A stretch of 63,998 nucleotides of DNA, filler included, from Stramenopiles sp. TOSAG23-6 (taxonomy: Eukaryota), in NCBI GenBank assembly GCA_900128565.1. It is 18 parts of 18 records of this genome, joined end to end, with 100 filler letters (N's around TTAATTAATTAA, not from the genome) between each part and the next. Parts side by side here need not be neighbours in the genome. Positions count along the whole stretch, not along the records: positions 46,568 to 50,032 come from LT637484.1; positions 50,133 to 53,596 come from LT637485.1; positions 53,697 to 57,159 come from LT637486.1; positions 57,260 to 60,720 come from LT637487.1; positions 60,821 to 63,998 come from LT637628.1; 13 more parts are not named here. One strand, written 5' to 3'. Positions 49,501-62,800 of the stretch are shown one piece after another. The notes under the pieces are model-generated. The model searched no databases, had not been told where the DNA came from, and worked only from the letters and a program-made list of their open reading frames with translations. The first letter of the stretch is position 1, and the number at the start of each line of letters is the position of its first letter. The position numbers were made by a program, and so were the translations under genes.

Positions 49501-50032
49501 CTCCAATTTCCATAATAGTCCATTCTTCTGGATTTTCTGGATGTTTTCCATATTTCTCAGTGATAATCATGTTTTGTGGGAAAATATATATATTTTTGTT
49601 AGTAAAGAACATTAGTTAGCTATGAAATGTCTACCAAAAAGAAAAAAACAATTCATAATGTAATCGTACATTAGCCCCATCGTTGAAAAAGTTTCATTTT
49701 TGCTAATCATACTTAATTTTTTTTCTGCTTTATCTTCCAAAGATTCTTCGTTGAAGATAATACTTTCTGCAGATAATACTTTTTTAGCGACTTCAGGAAT
49801 TGTGTTTTTATTCTCAAAATGTCGGATTCGTTTGATGCATTTCCACTCAGCTGACTCTATTTTGGATTTCAACTTGACGCTAATTGTGTCAGGTGGGCGA
49901 AATTTTGCGATTTTATTGAAAACAACATATGCTACTTTGCCCCACGGTTGCTTCAATGTTTTTTTAAATGGTTTGAATAATGTATTTTGGAAAAATATTT
50001 CAAAAAAAAATCGTTAGGTACAAAATTTCGTA
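46568..50032. repeat. Redundant copy of contig 43003..46467
   Basis: Same sequence and ORFs at offset +3565. Confidence 0.97.
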
Positions 50033-50137
50033 NNNNNNNNNNNNNNNNNNNNNNNNNNNNNNNNNNNNNNNNNNNNTTAATTAATTAANNNNNNNNNNNN
50101 NNNNNNNNNNNNNNNNNNNNNNNNNNNNNNNNAATGG

Positions 50138-50923
50138 TCACTCATGGCGGAATTCTTGAATATTTTTTTGGTCATTTTCTTCGAGTTTTTTGAGTTCTTC
50201 GAGTTTTTCTCGAACCTGTTTAACCGATTCTTTCAATTTTGGCATTTTTTCTTTTTCTGTTTTTACTTTTTGAAGTAGAGCCATAATCTGTGAATGTTCT
50301 TTTTGAATTTGATTTTGTAATTCTTGGGTATCTAAAGGGCGGGTTTCACTAGCCTCAGCAACGGAATCACCAGCCTTGGTATCAGTTTTCTTAGAACTAT
50401 CAGTATCGGTAGTAGTAGTTTCGGTAGCAGTATTGGTAGTAGTAGCTTGGGTGGTATCAGTTCTCTCAGAACTACCATCATCGGAACCAGCGTTATCATT
50501 GTTCTCGGTTTCTTCACTACTATTTTCACTATCTTTTCCTTGCACTTTAGCCACTTTATCTTTTAGAGAACCCGGTATTTTTCCCGACAGTTTTGTTAAA
50601 TGTCCTTTGACTGAATCCGGTATTTTTCCCGACATTGTCGCTGCATGCTGTTTTAGTTTATCAACATCAGTAGACCCAGGTAGTTTATCCAACACTTTTC
50701 CTTTCACTTTTCCTTTGACTAAATCCGACATTTTTGACATTTCCGCTGCATGCTGTGTTAGTTTATTACCCTCATCAAAACCAGTGTTTGAAAAACGTAG
50801 ATTGTTCATTTCACTTGCGCGCTTTTTTTCATCAAGGTACTTTTGTATTGTACCATCAAATAAAGCAGCCGTTACATTTTTGCAGACAAGAAGAAGTAAT
50901 ACACTTGATATAATTTTTGTCAT
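50138..50923 (-). CDS. Putative secreted protein with Thr-rich linker and C-terminal coiled coil
   Basis: MTKIISSVLLLLVCKNVTA signal-like peptide; intronless 261-aa ORF. Confidence 0.7.
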   Translation of the reverse strand: MTKIISSVLLLLVCKNVTAALFDGTIQKYLDEKKRASEMNNLRFSNTGFDEGNKLTQHAAEMSKMSDLVKGKVKGKVLDKLPGSTDVDKLKQHAATMSGKIPDSVKGHLTKLSGKIPGSLKDKVAKVQGKDSENSSEETENNDNAGSDDGSSERTDTTQATTTNTATETTTTDTDSSKKTDTKAGDSVAEASETRPLDTQELQNQIQKEHSQIMALLQKVKTEKEKMPKLKESVKQVREKLEELKKLEENDQKNIQEFRHE

Positions 50924-52740
50924 TTGAATAGCTTTCTTTTGAGGATTTGGAATGGTGTTTTGTTTTTTTTCAAATTTAGGGTTTGGAATAGAAAAAAACT
51001 ATAGGGAACCAAAATAAATATTTAACGGAAATGCAACGGAAGTGCTCTCAAATCTAACGGTTTTTTTTTACGATCCGAAAAATCGAAATCCGAATCGATC
51101 AAAGCAAAGCGAAATTCAAATCGAACAAAATTAAAAAATTTTAAACTCGATGTTCATTCCGTTCCGTTTATCTCTTTTCAGCAATCTTTACCCTGACTTC
51201 AAGAAAAACGTACGTAGAATTACAATGATTATTCCTTGAAATAAAGTAATTACAAACAATGTGGAGATTTACATCACCATGACCTGTAATAGTAAATTCT
51301 TTATCATCAGCTTTAATTAAATTCATAAACAACAAAAGTTGTGCATATAACAAGACATCACAAAATACCAATTTAGTTGTTCATTAACAAGTTGCGCAAT
51401 AGCTGTATACTTTTACAATAACAGGAAAATGGCAAACATGGGAAATATCTTCAGGGTCTTAGTATTTGCCAAGTTAGCTTTAACGCAAGCTGTAAACTTC
51501 TTCACAGATTCTGTGCAAGATACTATATAATAGTAGTATCACTCTTTCTTCATATGTGTAAAATCTGAAATATTACAAACAGCACATGAAGTAAGTATAT
51601 CAAAGAAAGATAATTCTAAAAAATTGTGTCATTTTTAAAGAGTTCTATTCCTTAATGTGTAGCATAGCTGATATATTGTACACACTATATTCTGCACTTT
51701 TTATTCATCACAAGGGCTTCTAAAGTAATGTGTTTTTTAAGTTTCACTGTATATTCATTTATAATCTTATTGATCTATTGTATTCAAAATGTTAAACGAT
51801 ATGTTATTCTATGTGTAGACAATTGATATATTCTTTTCAATTATCGCAATCATTCATTTATATAATAATTGCTATATTACACTCACGATATGGAGTATAT
51901 TGTATTTATTACAAATATTCCCAATGCATCATTTTATATCATTGCTGTTCGTATATTCATTTTTAAAATCCATGACATATTCAATATATTCTATCAACTA
52001 TTTAAAGTATTTTATCTAAAACAAAATAATAGTATAAGATATATTATTTTATGGAGTCACTGTTTATTTATTTGTATTGCATAGATGACATAACAACGCT
52101 CATTATATTTAATATGTTGTACTTATTATAAGCAATACTACAACTGTGCACAATTATATATATTTATTTTTTGTTTATGTGTAGTACAGTTGTTTTATTG
52201 TGAACTTTATATTTTATAAGTTTTCTTAATTACAAGCAATACTGTAATAATACATCCTTTTAAAGTATTATTGTTTATTCATTTGTGTCATACTTGGTAT
52301 ATTTTACATATCACATCAAGTAGTTCATATTTACTTTGCAAAATGCAATTGCACTAGCAGTAATATCACTGTATTCATTTTTTGTAAAATTGTCATAGTG
52401 CATAAATTAATGTTCGTAAATAACTCGTATTTCAAGCTATCTATTGTATTTGTGTGGATTGTGTATAAAATCATGATTGTTTATTTGTGCAATAGTTGGC
52501 ATATTGCTTATATTTCAGGCAGTACCGAGTAACTGTTATAAACAATACTACAAAAGTGCAATTCTATAGTATCACAATTTATTTATATGTCATGCAGTTT
52601 GCATATTCCAAACATTATATATTGTATTTTTTATCCATTACAAATGTAATTGTACCATTATGTCTTCTGTAATATAACTATTTATTTATCTCTACCATAA
52701 TTAACATTGTACACATTTTAGTGCTAAGCCTAGACCTAAT

Positions 52741-52836
52741 ACTAGACCTAATGTTCTTGGTGCAATGGATTTTACTAGTTCTCATCCTACTAGACCTAAT
52801 GTTCTTGGTGCAATGGATTTTACTAGTTCTCATCCT
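52741..52836 (+). repeat. 48-bp tandem repeat, 2 copies
   Basis: actagacctaatgttcttggtgcaatggattttactagttctcatcct repeated. Confidence 0.88.
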
Positions 52837-53162
52837 GATCAAATGAATGTTGCTACTAATGAATTTACTCCATTGTATTTTACAATTGTGACTTTACGTA
52901 TATTTGGTTTAACCAAAATTTCGTACCTATCGTTTTTTTTATTGTTTCCGTATTTTTTCACAATATATGAAAGAGGAAAAAAAAACGATACCAAAAGCTG
53001 TAGAGGCGGAAGATAAGCCACTTGAAAATAAACAGGCAAAGGATCCAGAGGAGGCACAAGACGAACAAGAGGACAAAGAATTAAACAGTGTGATTTAAGT
53101 CTGATTGATACATAGTTGAGTGTATTTGAAAATCTCAAGATTTCGTATGTTGACTATATTTA

Positions 53163-53524
53163 TTATGGATAAAATATTTGAGCTTCATTTTCTTTTTCAC
53201 TTTTCCCTTCTTTCCAATGCTCAATATTACGATCATTGGGAGTTACAGTTTCATCATATGGGCCTTGACAACAACCCTTTTCCCTACAATATACAGTAGT
53301 TGCAGCAAAATGAGGTCCATATCTATGGTACAATTCTGCCATAAATTTTTTACCCTCTGTTCCCATTTCAGTTTCCAGCTTATCACAAAGCTGTTTCATT
53401 TTATTGAAACGTTCAACGGTATACATTGGTTTAGACGATCCTGTTTGACTAGCATAATCATATTTACTACAGTATGGTTTATCTGCACTGGAAGTATACT
53501 CAACTCCAGTTACTTCAGGACCCC
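53163..53524 (-). CDS. Unknown Cys-containing protein, terminal exon
   Basis: Open frame following a family branch motif and an acceptor reading acaatattt. Confidence 0.55.
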
Positions 53525-53780
53525 AAATATTGTAAAAAATTTTTTTTTTTTTTGGTAAAAAAATTGTTAGGTACAAAATTTCGTATGAAAAAAATANNNN
53601 NNNNNNNNNNNNNNNNNNNNNNNNNNNNNNNNNNNNNNNNTTAATTAATTAANNNNNNNNNNNNNNNNNNNNNNNNNNNNNNNNNNNNNNNNNNNNAAAA
53701 AAATTAAATTCGAAATTTGTTAGGTACAAAATTTCGTACGAAAAAAAAAATAATTTCGAAATTCAATTTTAAAAACGTAC

Positions 53781-54658
53781 ATATTCTTTCCAAAGTTTCC
53801 AAGCTTCAAATACCATGTTATTCATCAACCTATTTAAAATGTTTGTAATTACTACCAAACCACGTTTAGCAACAAAATCCCGAGATCTCACTCGAAACAT
53901 CCAAGTATTGTGAAAAAATATGTTTTCAGTTTGATATTTGTTAGGTACGAAAATTTTAAAATTTTTTAGTAAAAAATAAATTTGAAATTGGATCACGTAC
54001 AATCAAATGGTAGCGTTTTTGCCACTTCATTCATTAGTTTGTGACTTTTTTTATGTATTTTTCTGGCACCTATTGTTAGATCTCGTTCATAGTCTCTGTA
54101 AAATTCAGTTTCCATTTGCATTTCTATAGGCAAGGCTAATAAACTATATTCTGGATGTACTGATTGCAACCTACCTTTCCGGGGGCGGCTAGACTGACGA
54201 TTTTGAGCATATTTTTTTTTCGTACGACTTTTAGTATAATGTTGTTGTCGAATAGGAGATAATCTATGCATTCGCATTGCCTTAGTACTACGGATTTCTT
54301 GGCCAGGGGTATCAAGCTGTAATGTTGAAAATGTAGGTAAAGAATTATTTCTTTTATCTAACGTCTTACGTGCAGTATATTTTTCCATATTTTGTAATTC
54401 TTGTGGTTTTTCTATAGTAACTCGTCGTATTTGAGGGGACATTCGAGGCGATAAAGAAGTACCATCAATCTCTGGAAATCCTGAATGATATTGACGGAAT
54501 TGAGGTGAGTCCAGTAGAATACTCCGTGCATCATCGGCATCTGTGGAAATCATATCTCGGAGCTCTTTCAATTCCGACAGTTGTACTGTATCATCAACAG
54601 GTCTATTTCGTTTACCTGTTTTCCTTGATCCAGTACTTGACAAGTTACGCACGTACAT
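53781..54658 (-). CDS. Unknown protein, exons 1-2 (3' partial)
   Basis: LPFD|WMFRV in frame across intron 53903..54000 (GT...TT). Confidence 0.6.
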
Positions 54659-54988
54659 CGTAATAAAACTATCTATATAAATGGAGTTAGAATAATTATG
54701 ATTTTATCAAAAGCAAGAACATTTACTATTTTTACTCCGACATTGTTAATTGAATTTAACTAGCTACACGGTTGACTATGACTAACTCTGATCTGACAAG
54801 TAAGTATGAGTTACCTTTTCATGAAGAAATCGTCGTTACGGTTACAAAAAAAAAAAAAAAAGGATGGATTTCGTGTGTTTGATGTCAAATTTCATTGAGC
54901 GAAATATACGTTTTTTCTCGTTTTGGTTTTCTTTGTCTCCCCTGTTTTTTTTGTTTTTACCGATTGTTTTAAACCAGCAACGGACACG

Positions 54989-57159
54989 ATGTCGCAATCT
55001 CTCGCCGAAGTTAGACGTTTGACAAACTTGGGATCTTTCAGTGTTGATGAAGTATTAGAGTTGTTTGCTGCAGCGACTGATAAGGATGGATTTATTTCGG
55101 AAAATGCGTTCGAAGAATGCTTTGAGGCGCTTCGGGGAGCAGGTGACAAACTTTCCTTATCTGAAACTAAAGTTCGACGCCAAATAGTTGATCGTTTATA
55201 CGATATATTTGATGAGAACGAAGATGGTATTGTTGATTTCACTGAGTTATGTACTGGACTAACCGTCCTTTGTGGAGGCAAACGTGATGAGAAAGCAGCA
55301 GCTGCTTTTTCTTTGTACGATTACAACGGAGACGGTGTCATCTCTCGCGAGGAGATGACACGCTACTTGACATCTGTATACAAAGTTATGTACGAAACGC
55401 AAGCTGGGACAGCAGAAAGAATGGGTGGCGTCAGTCCAGAAGAACTCGCAGATGTGACTACGCGCCAAGCCTTTGTCGAAGCTGACGTTGATGAAGATGG
55501 TATGTTGACTTTTGAAGAGTTCCAAGACTGGTATTCACAGCCAACTGACAATTCATCTGGTGCGATTGCTGCAGCTGTAGAATCAGCACCAGGGTGGGTA
55601 TCTCTTGGCGAAGTTCGTCGTTTGACAAACTTGGGAGCATTCACCGTCGATGAAGTACTTGAACTATTTGCTAACGCAACGGACGAAATGGGTTTTATTT
55701 CAGATACTGATTTTGCGGATTGCTTTGAAAAACTTATAGGCGCAGGACCTGCGCAATCGTTTGAAGATCAAGACAAGACACGAATAGTATTGAGTCGCTT
55801 GTATAACTGTTTTGATACAAATGGTGATGGCGTTGTTGACTTTACTGAGCTTGCTACTGGTTTGACAGTATTATGCGATGGTTCCCGTGATGAAAAAGCT
55901 GCAGCAGCTTTCTCGTTGTATGATTACAATGGTGATGGTGTCATTTCTCTTGATGAAATGACACGATATTTAACTTCAGTATTTAGAGTAATGTATCAAG
56001 CTCAGCCTGGAACTGCTGAAAGTATGAATGGTGTCAGTCCTGATGAACTCGCAGATGTGACTGCCCGTCAGGCATTTTCTGAAGCCGATGTTGATGAAGA
56101 TGGTATGTTGACTTTTGAGGAGTTCCAAGACTGGTATTCTACACCAACTGACAACTCAGCGGGCGCGATCGCTGCGGCTGTAGAATCTGCACCTGGGTGG
56201 GTATCTCTTGGTGAAGTTCGTCGTTTGACAAACTTGGGATCATTTAGTGTCGATGAAGTACTTGAACTATTTGCCAACGTAACAGATGAGGATGGTTATG
56301 TTTCGCAGGACGAATTTATCGATTGCTTTCATGCATTAGTAAGTGCTGGACCAGAGCAATCATTTGATGATCAAGATAAGACTCGCATGGTATTGAGTCG
56401 CTTATATAATATTTTTGATACAAATGGTGATGGTGTAGTTGATTATACTGAGCTTGCTACTGGTTTGACAGTATTATGCGATGGCACCCGTGATGAAAAA
56501 GCTGCAGCAGCTTTCTCGTTNTATGATTANAATGGTGATGGTGTCATNTCTNTNGACGAAATGACACGATATTTGACCTCCGTATTTAGAGTAATGTACG
56601 AAGCTCAGCCTGGAACTTTGGAACGTATGGGTGGAGTAGATGCAGACGAACTTGCTGACGCTACGGCACGTCAGGCATTTGCTGAAGCTGACGTTGATGA
56701 AGATGGTATGTTAACCTTTGAAGAGTTCCAAGACTGGTATTCACAGCCAACTGACAACTCATCTGGTGCATTGACTGCTGCTACTACTGCAGCTCCAGGA
56801 TGGGTATCTCTTGGCGAAGTTCGTCGTTTGACAAACTTGGGATCATTTAGTGTGGATGAAGTACTTGAACTATTTGCTAATGCCACTGATAGCGATGGTT
56901 ATGTATCAACTGAAGACTTTGCTGATTGCTTCGAAGCTCTGGTAGGTGCTGGACCCCCACAAACGTTGTCGGACCAGGATAAGACTCGAATGGTATTGAG
57001 TCGTTTATATGATATCTTCGATACAAATGGTGATGGTGTAGTTGACTTTACGGAGCTTGCTACTGGTTTGACTGTCCTTTGTGGTGGTACTCGTGATGAA
57101 AAGGCTGCAGCAGCTTTCTCGTTGTATGATTACAATGGTGATGGTGTCATTTCTCTTGA
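54989..57159 (+). CDS. Tandem NCS/calcineurin-B-like EF-hand repeat protein (3' partial)
   Basis: 603-nt (201-aa) unit starting at 54998, 55601, 56204 and 56807, each with DxNxDGxVDFxE, DYNGDGVISxxE and DVDEDGMLTFEE loops. Confidence 0.92.
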
Positions 57160-57371
57160 NNNNNNNNNNNNNNNNNNNNNNNNNNNNNNNNNNNNNNNNN
57201 NNNTTAATTAATTAANNNNNNNNNNNNNNNNNNNNNNNNNNNNNNNNNNNNNNNNNNNNGTACATTTTCATTTTGAATTTTGAATTTTTTTTTTTTTTTT
57301 TTATACGAAATTTCATACCTAACGGCTAAATTTTTTTTTTTTTTTTTTTTTCAATATTTTTCACAATTTAT

Positions 57372-58503
57372 ATTGATACAATTACAAATACAATACATTC
57401 ATTGGATAATTCAAATATATTAGAAAATGAAATTAAAATGACAAAATTAGATATTAAAGATTTACAAAAATTCAAAAATGAAATTATAACAAATCATTCA
57501 AATCAATATAAAACAATTGAACAAATTGTTTCAAACCCTAACCCTAGTAACCCTAACCCTAGGCGTCTCAATGAAGATTTAAATCAACATTTAAATGAAG
57601 ATTTAAATCAACATTTAAATGAAGATTTAAATGAACATTTAGAATTTGTTAAAAAAGCATATATGAAACAATCTGAACAAATATTTGAAAAATTTAATAC
57701 AATTGAAAAAGAATTACAAAAAGTTGAATTGTATAATAATGTATGTTTTTTTTTTCAATTTTGAATTTTTCAATTTCTATGTTTTTTTTTTTATAAAAAT
57801 TTTGTACCTAACAAATTTTCAAAAAAAAATTTGAAATATTTTCCAAAATACATCATATAAATGAAATATTTCAAAATGATATTAAAAAATCAAAACAAAA
57901 AATAAGAAAAAATAAATTACAAATTCAGAATCATTGTAAAAATACAGTATATACTCAAAAAAAATATGATTCAACAATTCATATACGAAAATATTTAGAT
58001 GAAAAAATGGATATATTGACGAAATGGCTATTTGATAGGACAAAATGTACGTTTTTATGATTTTTAATGATTTTAATGATTTTAATGATTTTAATGATTT
58101 TTAATGATTTTAATGATTTTAATGATTTTAATGATTTTTAAGGAATTTTTATGATTTTTAATGATTTTAATGATTTTAATGATTTTAATGATTTTTAATG
58201 ATTTTTATGATTTTAATGATTTTTATAACTTTTTTTTTTAAATTTAAAATTTTTTTTTTTTTTTTTTTTTTCATAGAAAATTTCATACCTAATGAATTTT
58301 TTTTTTTTAAATTTTTTTGTACAATACAGTTACACAAAAAGATCGAAAGGACAATAAATTACAAATTGCTCAAATTAAAAAACACAATAATACACAAAAA
58401 AAAGAAAATCAAACTCTCCTCAATAAAGTTCAAATTGCAGAAACACGAAATCAAGAAAAAATGGTAGTATTGAAACAATTACAAGAAGAAAATGAACAAT
58501 CAA
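57372..58503 (+). CDS. Lys/Asn-rich coiled-coil protein, internal exons
   Basis: Frame kept across introns 57741..57853 (GT-AT) and 58047..58329 (GT-AG); next intron 58504..58610 (GT-AG). Confidence 0.55.
58054..58224 (+). repeat. 9-10-bp intronic minisatellite (TTTTAATGA)n
   Basis: Roughly 17 imperfect units inside intron 58047..58329. Confidence 0.9.
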
Positions 58504-58511
58504 GTATGTTT

Positions 58512-58552
<41 letters not shown>

Positions 58553-58829
58553 TTTTGTACGTAATTTTGTACCTAACAATTTTTTTTTTTTTTTTTTTTT
58601 TACAATATAGGATTTACATGGCATATGTTCGAGTATTAATTTGTTATCTATTGAATTAGGCGAATTATCATTACTTTTACAAAGTATTCAATATAATCCA
58701 AAACAAGAATATCAAATATAAATTACCAAAAAATCAAAAAATTAAAAAAAAAATATTCAAAAAATAAAAAATATTCAAAAATAAATTTCAAATTTATTAA
58801 AAAAAAAAATCAGAAACCCTAACCCTAAT

Positions 58830-59699
58830 CTACTTTGCTTTTATTGCATTTTTTTTTCTTCGTGTTTGAACATCATGATTGAATAAACGTGCAATATTCA
58901 CTTCAGCCGTTGTGATTTGATCTCGTAAAAATAACAAATCAGATGACGTTTTTTGTAATTTCTCTGATGCACTTTTGACATTTTCATTGAGTAATTCTAC
59001 TATAATATAAAAAAAAATTTTGTAAAAAAAAAAAAAAAATGTTAGGTACAAATTTTACTATAAAAAAAAATTTTTGGAAAAAAAAAAAAAAAATTATGAA
59101 ATTTTTTTTTTGTTGTTTAGGTACAAATTTTACTATAAAAAAAAATTTCGAAAAAAAAAAAATGAACCAAGTAAAAATAAAAATAAAAGTACTAGGGTTA
59201 GGGTTTAAAAAAACATACATGCTTCCTGGTATTCATATTCTAGCATTATTGTCGCACCAAGCCACAAACATACTTTATTTGTCGGATTGATTTTAGCTGA
59301 TGCATACAAACTATCAGCAAGTGGAAAATTGGTGGTGAATGACACGTCATCATCATCTGATGTCTTTGAGTCATACTTTTTCTTGAGAAAAGAGACAACT
59401 TCATGAGTTCGTTGAATTTGTGGAATTTTCGTTCTGAGTGATAACTTTGTCCGTTGCATATGAGTTTCCATGAAACGATATTTTGATAATAACTCATTAA
59501 GATACTGAAACGTTGTCTCAAGTTGTAAATTATTCTTTTTGAGAAAGGATTCTACACTTTCAATGAAACGAACCTTTGGAATGCCAGAGGTGTTTTTTTC
59601 ATCTTCGATTGTAATGTGTTTCATAACTTTTTGTGCTAAAAGATTGACTTTAGTCACCGTATCGGGGTTTGTTAACGAAATCTTACTCTCATCGGACAT
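58830..59699 (-). CDS. VBP1: Prefoldin subunit 3 (VBP1)
   Basis: GIPKVRFIESV, KYRFME, KVCLWLGATIMLEY and LRDQITTAEVNIARLFNHDV motifs; GT-AG intron 59000..59218. Confidence 0.93.
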
Positions 59700-60115
59700 G
59701 ATGTATACAACTATATTATACAATGAACAAGGTTTTGAAAAGGAATACTTTGATTCAATACAAAAAGTATATACAAAACAATATTGTATTTCTTTTACTG
59801 TACGTAAGTTGCGCATGTATTTTTTGGATGACAGATCGATCGTCGAGTTGGCCATTTCCGGGTAACAAAGATTGAAAACGGATGGTCATGAAAAAAAACG
59901 TATTTCGTGTGAATTTTTGTTGGCCAAAAACAAACAAAAAACAAAACACACGTGTAAAATTGTAGAAATGTCTGTTAAATCGTATTTCCAGTGTTTATCG
60001 TTTTTTTTGCAAGTTTTTTCTTTGAGAGAGGAGGGTAGTTTACACAGCGTATTGTAGTGTACTACGTAGTTTGTAGTTGTACCTTTCATCAAGGGTGGAT
60101 ATACAACGTCAACGT

Positions 60116-60605
60116 ATGTCTCAAATACTAATGAATGATAGTAATAATAGTGACAATAGTCAATCAACACATGAATCTATAACAGCCACTACGGATCAAC
60201 CAATACCACTACCACTACCTTTACCACTACCACAAAACAATACAGAACACAATACAGAACAAAAGACAGAACAAAATACAACCGTACCACTTCCTCAATC
60301 ACTTCCAGATCCACAAACACTAAAATATCGACAAGTATCTTGTCCATATTGTCAACGTATTTTTAATCATTCTAGTCAAAGAGCCATTCATGTCAGACGG
60401 GTTCATACGGGTGAAAGACCGTTTAAATGCCCCCATGAGGGATGTGATAAAGCATTTTTTTCATCATCAGCTAGATCTAAACATGTCAAGGTACATAATG
60501 AAGCGTTATTCAAATGTGAACTTTGTGGGAAAAAGTTAAAAACAAAACGAAGTTTAGATAGACACATGTATTTTTTCATCATTTACCCTAACCCTAACTT
60601 TACTA

Positions 60606-60648
<43 letters not shown>

Positions 60649-60663
60649 ATAAAAATTTGTCCC

Positions 60664-60696
<33 letters not shown>

Positions 60697-60720
60697 AAAT
60701 ATTTTTTCATAATTCATGAA
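60116..60720 (+). CDS. C2H2 zinc-finger protein (3' partial)
   Basis: Three fingers with HTGERPF linker; third finger continues LDRHM across GT-AT intron 60568..60717. Confidence 0.9.
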
Positions 60721-60915
60721 NNNNNNNNNNNNNNNNNNNNNNNNNNNNNNNNNNNNNNNNNNNNTTAATTAATTAANNNNNNNNNNNNNNNNNNNNNNNN
60801 NNNNNNNNNNNNNNNNNNNNTATTTTGGAAAAATATTTCAAAAAAAAATCGTTAGGTACAAAATTTCGTACGAAAATAAATTCGATTTTTTTGTTAAAAA
60901 AAAAATAAAACGTAC

Positions 60916-62800
60916 ATTCAGATTCAACAACAATAGGTCCTTTGTTTATATCGGTGTTATAGCGATGATTATGAAAAGTATCAAATTGGCTTAATTTATC
61001 CAATAATTCTTGAAATATTTGTAAAAGATTGTTTGATATTTTTTGAGGATAATTCATGTATTTTAGAAAAATATTTCAGAAAAAAAAAACTTAAATTCCT
61101 TAGGTACAAAATTTCGTATGAAAAAAAAATCAAATTTGAAAGAAAAATAAAACATACATTTTTTGTAGTGTATGAAAAATCTCGTCACGAAATCCAAACA
61201 AAGTATTTGAAGCAGATTTTAGTTTTTGATCCAGATCATTGTATATAAAATTTGTTTTTTTTGATGAGTCATTAGATGTCATTGAAGAAGATTGAAAGAG
61301 ACGAAATGTATTATGCAAAAATATTTTATTTTAGTAAAGAAATCGTTAGGTACAAAATTTCGTATGAAAACCAAAAAAAAAAATAAATTTAAAATGAATG
61401 ATGAAAACGGACATAGTTCAACCAAAAACGAGTCTCTATGCCCAGAGGCTCCACGTAATTTTCTCATATTATTTAATATGATGCTAATTAATTTATTCTT
61501 CTCTTTTAATATAATGTGAAGAAATATTTTTTTTTTTTTTTGGTTAGGTACGAAATTTCGTATGAAAAACAAATAAATTCGAAATTCAAAAAATTGAAAA
61601 AAATAAAACATTCATTCTTCCTCTGTTGAATCTAAATAAAATGCATCACTATTATTACCTAATTTCCCTTCAGTGCCTATTGTATCACTCATAAAATTAT
61701 TTTCTACCATAGACCGTATTTCAGTGTATGTACTGTGAAAAAATATTTTTATGTCACAAAAAAAACGTTAGGTACGGAATTTTGTATGAAAAAAAAAATC
61801 ATTAGAGACAATTTTTTTTACGAAAAAAAAAAATTTTAAAATTCATGATGAAAACGTAAATCCTTGAGCTGTTGCCTTGAGAATTTTACAGAGGCGGTGT
61901 TGCTTTCGTGCAATATTTGATTCTATTTTGTTCTCTGTTATGTTTGATGCTTGTATAGTATGTATTTTAGAAAAATATTTCAAAAACAAAAAAAATCGTT
62001 AGGTACAAAATTTCGTACGAAAAAAAAATAGAATTTGAAAAAAAAAAATAAAACATACATCTATATTTGTAGGTATTTTTGTTATTGTGTTTGTTGAATT
62101 GGTTTTAGTGTTATCAGTACTTAGATCTCTATAATGTGTTGAAGTATCTCTAAAAGTTTTTTTTTCTCTGAGTTAGTTGAAAAAATAAACAATGTTTTTT
62201 TTTCCATTTTTTTTTGCATGAAATTTTCATAGTAAAAATAAAAAATTAAAAAAAACATACAAAATCTTTAGCTGCTTTGCCTTCAATTCTTCATTTAAAT
62301 TGGAGAATCTATCATCATTTATCTTGCAGTTTTGCAATTTTCTTTGATGTATTATTATGTATTTAGTATCAAAACAAAAATGTTAGGTACAAAATGTACA
62401 ATCAGCAAAGTATGGAAAAAATACTCAAAAGTAGATTGTAGAAAAAAAACTGTTAGGTACAAAATTTCGTACGAAAAACAAATAGTACGTACAATGTTTT
62501 GAGATCTTCATCAGCCATTGATTGAAACATTTCGGTGCCACTGGTATCATGTATTGTTAAAAAATNTTTTTTTTTTTGTTTTTTGGTTAGGTACAAAATT
62601 TACTACAAAAAAAAATTTGAAAAAAAAAATTGAAAAAAAAATAAAAACGTACTTTGTCATTGTAGTCGAACAGTGTGCCGCCAAACATTGGAAAGTTTTT
62701 TGGCACAGGTGGAAGAAATGGACTTGCATTATAATTTAAACTGAAGTCTCTTTGTTGTGAAAATAATTCAATAATAAATTAGGGTTAGGGACTAAAGTGT
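60916..62800 (-). CDS. Unknown intron-rich gene (partial)
   Basis: Short exons chained in frame by family introns near 61056-61157, 61306-61432, 61509-61613, 61728-61859, 61960-62058 and 62549-62652; 62160-62490 not resolved. Confidence 0.55.

Noticed and set aside
51400-52740. AT-rich ORF-poor region as a transposon or RNA gene
   Set aside because: No terminal repeats, transposase motif or RNA structure that I can support.
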